IMG/VR virus record: IMGVR_UViG_3300025870_001068 | Location: 1-28,473 of that record | Length of the DNA stretch: 28,473 nt | Strand: one strand, 5' to 3' | Source: a virus | Taxonomy: Duplodnaviria; Caudoviricetes | Shown here: in pieces, positions 23,820-28,473 of the stretch | Position numbering within the stretch: position 1 is the first letter of the stretch | Layout: each line of letters starts with the position of its first letter | Program-made: the position numbers and the translations under genes | The notes under the pieces: model-generated | Seen by the model: only the letters and a program-made list of their open reading frames with translations | Told to the model about the DNA's origin: nothing | Databases searched by the model: none

Positions 23820-26800
23820 TTACAAGCCTGCTATCTCACCAGTATTTTTCAATCTCAGTGGAATGTATATAAACTCAACTGCTTTAACTGGTTCAATTGC
23901 TATATCTAAATAAAGCTCGTTTCTGTCAATTCTGCTTGGTGTATTGTTACTTTCGTCACATACAACTAAGAAGTCGTATAGTCCTCTTGACCCAACCAGT
24001 TCTAAACATAAACTTTCTGCTGCTTGTTTGACTTGATCACGTGTGATCTTATCATTTGGTTCAAAGATATAAGGTTTAGCTAACTTGTTAAGTTGACTAC
24101 GTAAGAATATTACTAGTCTTGCAACGTTAATTCTATCTAAAGAACTAGCGCCTCTTGCACGAGTCTTTTGACCAAAGTTAACAAGTCCTGCACCAGTAAT
24201 AAACGTAATTGGATTAATGTTTAAACTGTACAGTGTATCTCTTTGACCTTCGTTAAGTGCAACACTTATAAATTCGCCTTCTGCATCAATGTACCCTGTA
24301 GCTGAAGCATTTGTAATGCCACCGCGTCTTGTACCTGCTGGTGCAAACCAAGGATAACTAACTTGATCACTTAACGCTAATGTTCTTAGCATCATATGAC
24401 TTGGTGGAACAACTACGTTGTTACCTGCATTATCGCTTGAGAAGCCCCATGGGTAAAATACACCTAAGTACTCGTCTCTACTTACTAGTCCATCGCCATT
24501 ATCTTCAACAGCAAGTTTCACATTTGAACCCCACTCGTTAAGTGATGTAGCATCGGATTTTAATTTAGCTGGTGAATCACCTACAATAAATGCTGTTAAG
24601 CCTCTATCAAAGTTTAATGAAATCATTTCGCCAATTAGTTCTGGATATCCTGGTGTTGCCATTAAGTTAAACACTCTTGACTCATCATCTCTAATTTCGT
24701 CATTACTGTTAACCATTGCTTGCATTGCTTGAACAACAACTTTACGTTGTGCTTTAGCACCAAAGCTACCGGAACCGTCGTCTTGGTTAGCTGATTCAGT
24801 TACCCAACGGTGTGTGTAGTAAGCACTCATTGACTCGTCGCCGCTACGTGCATTATCTAATGATGTATCAACATAATTTCTTACAAATTTCTTAACATTA
24901 AATCCTGAACGTCTTGTGTTCCAAAGCAACATACCTTTTGGATATAAAGCTGGATCTGGAGCGTCTGCATCTAAGTAGTTACTTACTAGTAAGTCTTTAA
25001 TGTCGCCTGCTGCAGCACTGTTTGAACCTGCTGTATTATAACGAGCATCTCCAAATAGTACACCATCTTCAGTAGTTTGATCACCTTTATCTAGTAATAC
25101 CCACTTTAATGTAGAACCGTTATATTTGTAAATTAGCGGATAGTTTTCTAAATCTGCTGTGCTAATCCAAATATCACCATTTTTAAGTGCTGTTCCATCT
25201 GATTGTAATGTTGGCTCTGAAGCTGAAACTTGCGGTCCTTCTGGATCTGTTTTGTCACCGTCAGTACCTGCATAAAATGGACTTGATGCGTCTAAGTATC
25301 CGACCCAAGTAGTACCATTATGTATCATTAAGTCAACTTCGTCTACAATTGAATTGTACCAAAGTGTACCGTCTGCTGTTAATGCTGTTGGTGCATCTTC
25401 GCCTGCTGTATATGCTAATACTTTCCAGTTTGAAGCAACAAAGTCATTAACTGAATCGCCTGCTGGTACAGCATATAAGTTTGGAGTTCCTGTATTTGCA
25501 TCTACATACGCAGCAAAGCCAATAAGTGCTAATGCGCCGCCTGTATCGTTAATACGGAAATCTCCGCCTAATGTGTGTTTAATTGAAACTTTATTAGCTG
25601 CATCAACTGTTGCAACAATGTTAGTAAATCCTGCACTGTTAATAGCGCCTGCTAGTACGTCTGCATCACCTGAAGCACCTGTTGCTGTAAATGTTACAGT
25701 TTTTGCTGTTTGTAATGCCGCGTTATTTGCTAAAGTTTCTTGAATTCCAAAAGCATAACTCTGTGCTGAAAGTTGAGCTGCTACAGCTGAACCTGTTACA
25801 ATAGTAGCGCCTGCTGCTGCTCTTTCAAATATTTTAAATGTTGCTAAGTTAACAGCTTCTTCTGCTACGTTAGTTTGTACATATAACGAACCTGCTGCTA
25901 AGTTTGCACCACCGCCGCTTTTGTCCATCGCATATAATGCTGATTGGTTGTTAGCATAAATTGGAGCTGCAACTTGTGTCCATGTTCCTGTTCCAACAGC
26001 GTATTGCTTAACTCTAACACGAGCACCTAAATTAGGCTCAGTAGTTTTAAACCAAATACTGCCTGTAGGTCTTGGAGTAGTGTCAGTTGACTTATACTCT
26101 GGTACGCTTGTGTGTGGAGCAGTTGATAACGCTGGAATTGCATAAGTTCCTGCTGGAATCTTAACATCGTCTGCAAGTCCTGTTCCTTCTGCAATAATAA
26201 TAGTTGCTGTTGAAGCACCTGTGTTGTAAAGCTCTAACTGGCTATCTACTACTGCCGCTGAAACGCCTGCAATTGATAAACCGTTAATGTCACTTACTAC
26301 GTCAGTTAATGATGTTCCGCTTGATGTAACAGTAGCACTATTAATTGTCATTGTTACTCCGCTTGCAACACTAGCAACAGCTGAAGAACTTTTTACTGTA
26401 GCATGACTGCCTTTCCAAGCTGTGCTTCCAACTTGTACCCAAGCACCGCTTGCATTTTTGTAAAACAACTTATTTACTGTTGTAGTTGCAACAACCACAT
26501 AATCACCAATTTGGCCAACTGATGTCTTAGGGTTACCTGTTGCACTATTGCCAACTAGTTTTGTTACGTCTGTGATAACAGTTGGAACTTTATTACTAAA
26601 AGTTTGTCCACCTGTTGTAGTAGCTGAATTTGAATTCCATTCAAATATACCAAAAGTTGAAGTTTGTGTATCAAACCAACTTGTTCCGTCTGCTGGTGCA
26701 GCCGCTGGTGCATTTGCTGATGCTTTTAATTCATTAAGGTCGATGTCTGCACGAACAACATATGCTCTATTGCTAACACCAAGCATTGAATAAGCTGCTT

Positions 26801-27083
26801 GTAATCCGTACTCGTTAAGTTCTCCTGCGTGTACTGGATTGTTGTTTGAATCTGTTATAAAAGTTGGGTCGCCAAAGGTTTCAGTAAGGTCTCGTTGCGA
26901 AGTAAGTAAATACGGCTTACCTGCGTTTGCCTTAGTCGTTCCTGCTGCTGTCCCTGTGCCTGCGCCATTGAGTTTATTCTCAGCGGAAGCAACGAATATC
27001 ATTGGTACTGTACCTGGTTCAGCTGGGGTATAGAAACTTTCGTCTATTACGCTAACCTGTACTCCTGGTGATGTTAATGCCAT
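23820..27083 (-). CDS. contractile tail sheath protein (gp18-like) with a large internal insertion
   Basis: SPGVQVSVIDES N-terminus, FGDP, PWFAPAGTRRG, INPI, FGQKT, DRINVARL, FEPND, VCDESNN and IEPVKAVEFIYI. Confidence 0.95.
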   Translation of the reverse strand: MALTSPGVQVSVIDESFYTPAEPGTVPMIFVASAENKLNGAGTGTAAGTTKANAGKPYLLTSQRDLTETFGDPTFITDSNNNPVHAGELNEYGLQAAYSMLGVSNRAYVVRADIDLNELKASANAPAAAPADGTSWFDTQTSTFGIFEWNSNSATTTGGQTFSNKVPTVITDVTKLVGNSATGNPKTSVGQIGDYVVVATTTVNKLFYKNASGAWVQVGSTAWKGSHATVKSSSAVASVASGVTMTINSATVTSSGTSLTDVVSDINGLSIAGVSAAVVDSQLELYNTGASTATIIIAEGTGLADDVKIPAGTYAIPALSTAPHTSVPEYKSTDTTPRPTGSIWFKTTEPNLGARVRVKQYAVGTGTWTQVAAPIYANNQSALYAMDKSGGGANLAAGSLYVQTNVAEEAVNLATFKIFERAAAGATIVTGSAVAAQLSAQSYAFGIQETLANNAALQTAKTVTFTATGASGDADVLAGAINSAGFTNIVATVDAANKVSIKHTLGGDFRINDTGGALALIGFAAYVDANTGTPNLYAVPAGDSVNDFVASNWKVLAYTAGEDAPTALTADGTLWYNSIVDEVDLMIHNGTTWVGYLDASSPFYAGTDGDKTDPEGPQVSASEPTLQSDGTALKNGDIWISTADLENYPLIYKYNGSTLKWVLLDKGDQTTEDGVLFGDARYNTAGSNSAAAGDIKDLLVSNYLDADAPDPALYPKGMLLWNTRRSGFNVKKFVRNYVDTSLDNARSGDESMSAYYTHRWVTESANQDDGSGSFGAKAQRKVVVQAMQAMVNSNDEIRDDESRVFNLMATPGYPELIGEMISLNFDRGLTAFIVGDSPAKLKSDATSLNEWGSNVKLAVEDNGDGLVSRDEYLGVFYPWGFSSDNAGNNVVVPPSHMMLRTLALSDQVSYPWFAPAGTRRGGITNASATGYIDAEGEFISVALNEGQRDTLYSLNINPITFITGAGLVNFGQKTRARGASSLDRINVARLVIFLRSQLNKLAKPYIFEPNDKITRDQVKQAAESLCLELVGSRGLYDFLVVCDESNNTPSRIDRNELYLDIAIEPVKAVEFIYIPLRLKNTGEIAGL

Positions 27084-27116
27084 TTTGTTCTCCTATTAGG
27101 TATAAGTTGTTATATG

Positions 27117-27122
27117 TATTTA
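27117..27122 (-). promoter_or_regulatory. late promoter core TAAATA for the sheath gene
   Basis: cTAAATAc upstream of the SD AGGAG. Confidence 0.65.
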
Positions 27123-27181
27123 GCATCTAGGATAAAAAAGGACGTCGAAAACACCATAAAAAAGGGACCAAAAAGGTGAGG

Positions 27182-27187
27182 TAAATA
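27182..27187 (+). promoter_or_regulatory. late promoter core TAAATA, 4 nt before the ATG
   Basis: Plus strand reads gTAAATAcagtATG. Confidence 0.6.
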
Positions 27188-27191
27188 CAGT

Positions 27192-27530
27192 ATGAGACCA
27201 TTATGCGTCTGCGGACAGCGTCCTGCAGCTATTAACTACAAAAAAGGTAATAAAACTTACTATCGTAAGAGGTGTGAACGGTGTTTAAGGACAGGTGGTA
27301 AAAGTATCGGTGTTCCTAAATGGAAACAGTCTGGTTACACTAAAAAAAGAGAATGTGAGAAATGTGGATTTAAAAGTAATCATCAAGAACAGTTTAATGT
27401 GTTTCATGTAGACGGCGATCTAAATAATTGCCGCCCAACAAATTTAAAAACAATATGTGCTAACTGTCAACGTGTAATTCAGAAAGAAGGTACCCGCTGG
27501 AAGCAGGGAGACTTAATCCCCGATTTTTAA
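27192..27530 (+). CDS. zinc-binding HNH-family protein
   Basis: CxC, CERC and CEKC pairs plus VFHVDGDLNNCRPTNLKTICANCQ. Confidence 0.8.
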   Translation: MRPLCVCGQRPAAINYKKGNKTYYRKRCERCLRTGGKSIGVPKWKQSGYTKKRECEKCGFKSNHQEQFNVFHVDGDLNNCRPTNLKTICANCQRVIQKEGTRWKQGDLIPDF

Positions 27531-28020
27531 AAATTGTTCTTATTAACACATCTACGTTCTTTTTTAATCTTTGTAGATCTCCGTTATTGTCAATAGTGTA
27601 ATTACACATCCATTGTTCAATACTCATAGAACTATAATTTTCTAAAGGCAAGTGATCTGTTCTATCTACCCATATAGCATGGTCAAATATTTCTTCATTC
27701 TGCATTGCAAAGAATTCACGCTTATTACGCAACCCGCAATAGATATCGTGATCTGCAAATAAGTTACGGCCTAAACGTGCTAAGTCATCTTTACAATAGT
27801 CATGTATCATATTATACCATTCAGTACGACGATTGTGTCTATCTGCGTAACATTGCTCTTCGTTGGCGTACCCATACTGATCTTTTAGATCGTTGAATAT
27901 AAAAAGTTCTGAACAAAACTTTGACGATGATTGAAATGTATAACCGTATGCTTCTAACATTTCGCAAACAGTGTCTTTGCCGTGACGGCCATGCCCAACA
28001 ACTAGTAATTTAGGTAACAC
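27460..28020 (-). CDS. deoxynucleoside monophosphate kinase-like P-loop protein
   Basis: LLVVGHGRHGKDTV P-loop, GLRNKRE, IWVDR and IDNNGDL; GTG start after AGGAG. Confidence 0.75.
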   Translation of the reverse strand: MLPKLLVVGHGRHGKDTVCEMLEAYGYTFQSSSKFCSELFIFNDLKDQYGYANEEQCYADRHNRRTEWYNMIHDYCKDDLARLGRNLFADHDIYCGLRNKREFFAMQNEEIFDHAIWVDRTDHLPLENYSSMSIEQWMCNYTIDNNGDLQRLKKNVDVLIRTIFKNRGLSLPASSGYLLSELHVDS

Positions 28021-28048
28021 TAATATAAACTCCTTTAAGTATCTTTAC

Positions 28049-28077
28049 AGTATATACTCGTTATTAGTGCTTGTCAA
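28049..28077 (-). promoter_or_regulatory. sigma70-type promoter for the kinase gene
   Basis: TTGACA-N17-TATACT. Confidence 0.8.
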
Positions 28078-28264
28078 GTCTTTTTTGATATTCTTCTTCA
28101 AATCCGTCTTCGTAGATATAACTTTCATTATTTCCCCAAAGTCTTTTAAAATATGAATGGTAGGTTTTTTCGACTTCTATGTCGCTCCAGGATATATCAA
28201 TTAGTTTACCTTTGATAATCCAATTTAAACGGTTGGCTTCTTTACGTACTTCTGGTGAACACAT
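28064..28264 (-). CDS. hypothetical protein (66 aa)
   Basis: SD AAGGAG and a TAAATA core upstream. Confidence 0.7.
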   Translation of the reverse strand: MCSPEVRKEANRLNWIIKGKLIDISWSDIEVEKTYHSYFKRLWGNNESYIYEDGFEEEYQKRLDKH

Positions 28265-28286
28265 GACTTCTCCTTGTTACATATTG

Positions 28287-28292
28287 TATTTA
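28287..28292 (-). promoter_or_regulatory. late promoter core TAAATA
   Basis: Minus strand reads gTAAATAcaatatgtaacAAGGAG. Confidence 0.55.
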
Positions 28293-28330
28293 CAAGGAAC
28301 TAAAATCGTTAGCGTTAACTTAGGTGGTTT

Positions 28331-28473
28331 TTAACCTATTGTGAAACCATAGCCAACACCACCGCCAACTTGTAATGATAAGTCGCTTTGTAGTTTTTCT
28401 AATTCAGCCTGTGCTTCTGCTTTTAGTGTTTCACCATTAAGTGCTGATCCACCTTGTGGTCCTGCTATAGTAG
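28331..28473 (-). CDS. neck protein (gp13-like), C-terminal fragment; absent from the ORF track
   Basis: Manual translation ...TIAGPQGGSALNGETLKAEAQAELEKLQSDL...YGFTIG* resembles the gp13 C-terminus (GGxxLNG...EA...IG). Confidence 0.7.
   Translation of the reverse strand, partial: TIAGPQGGSALNGETLKAEAQAELEKLQSDLSLQVGGGVGYGFTIG

Noticed and set aside
2568-27896. Many 60-150 aa ORFs antisense to or nested in the main genes (e.g. 2568..2933, 5285..5734, 13634..13978, 14999..15895, 25354..25743)
   Set aside because: They are shadows of well-supported genes, with biased composition and no recognisable motifs or SD.
1-28473. Stop-codon reassignment, as seen in some large phages
   Set aside because: TAA, TAG and TGA all terminate full-length recognisable genes and coding density is high under the standard code.
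1-28473. tRNA genes, rRNA, CRISPR arrays, integrase or att sites
   Set aside because: Intergenic gaps are short and none shows a cloverleaf or a repeat-spacer pattern by eye.

Overview
The window is a gene-dense, AT-rich segment of a large T4-like myophage, read almost entirely on the minus strand in the standard genetic code. From the right end it carries a neck protein fragment, a dNMP kinase, an HNH-like gene, a 1087-aa tail sheath, the tail tube, a tube-like baseplate protein, a gp4-like nuclease, probable TerS, putative head-internal proteins and TerL. These are followed by the gp32 SSB, UvsX and UvsY. Between uvsY and uvsW lies a ~6.5 kb glycan-synthesis island with two GT-A domains, three KpsS/KpsC-like GT-B domains, a nucleotidyltransferase-cupin fusion and two methyltransferases. 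A second operon downstream holds UvsW, a Hint-like protein, a cupin, a paralogous methyltransferase and metK. About 15 TAAATA late-promoter cores are visible, six of them 4-5 nt from an SD-less ATG, along with three sigma70-type promoters. The best candidate for a novel system is late-expressed, SAM-supplied, methylated-glycan synthesis, possibly virion glycosylation. All calls come from motif recognition by eye; no database searches were run.
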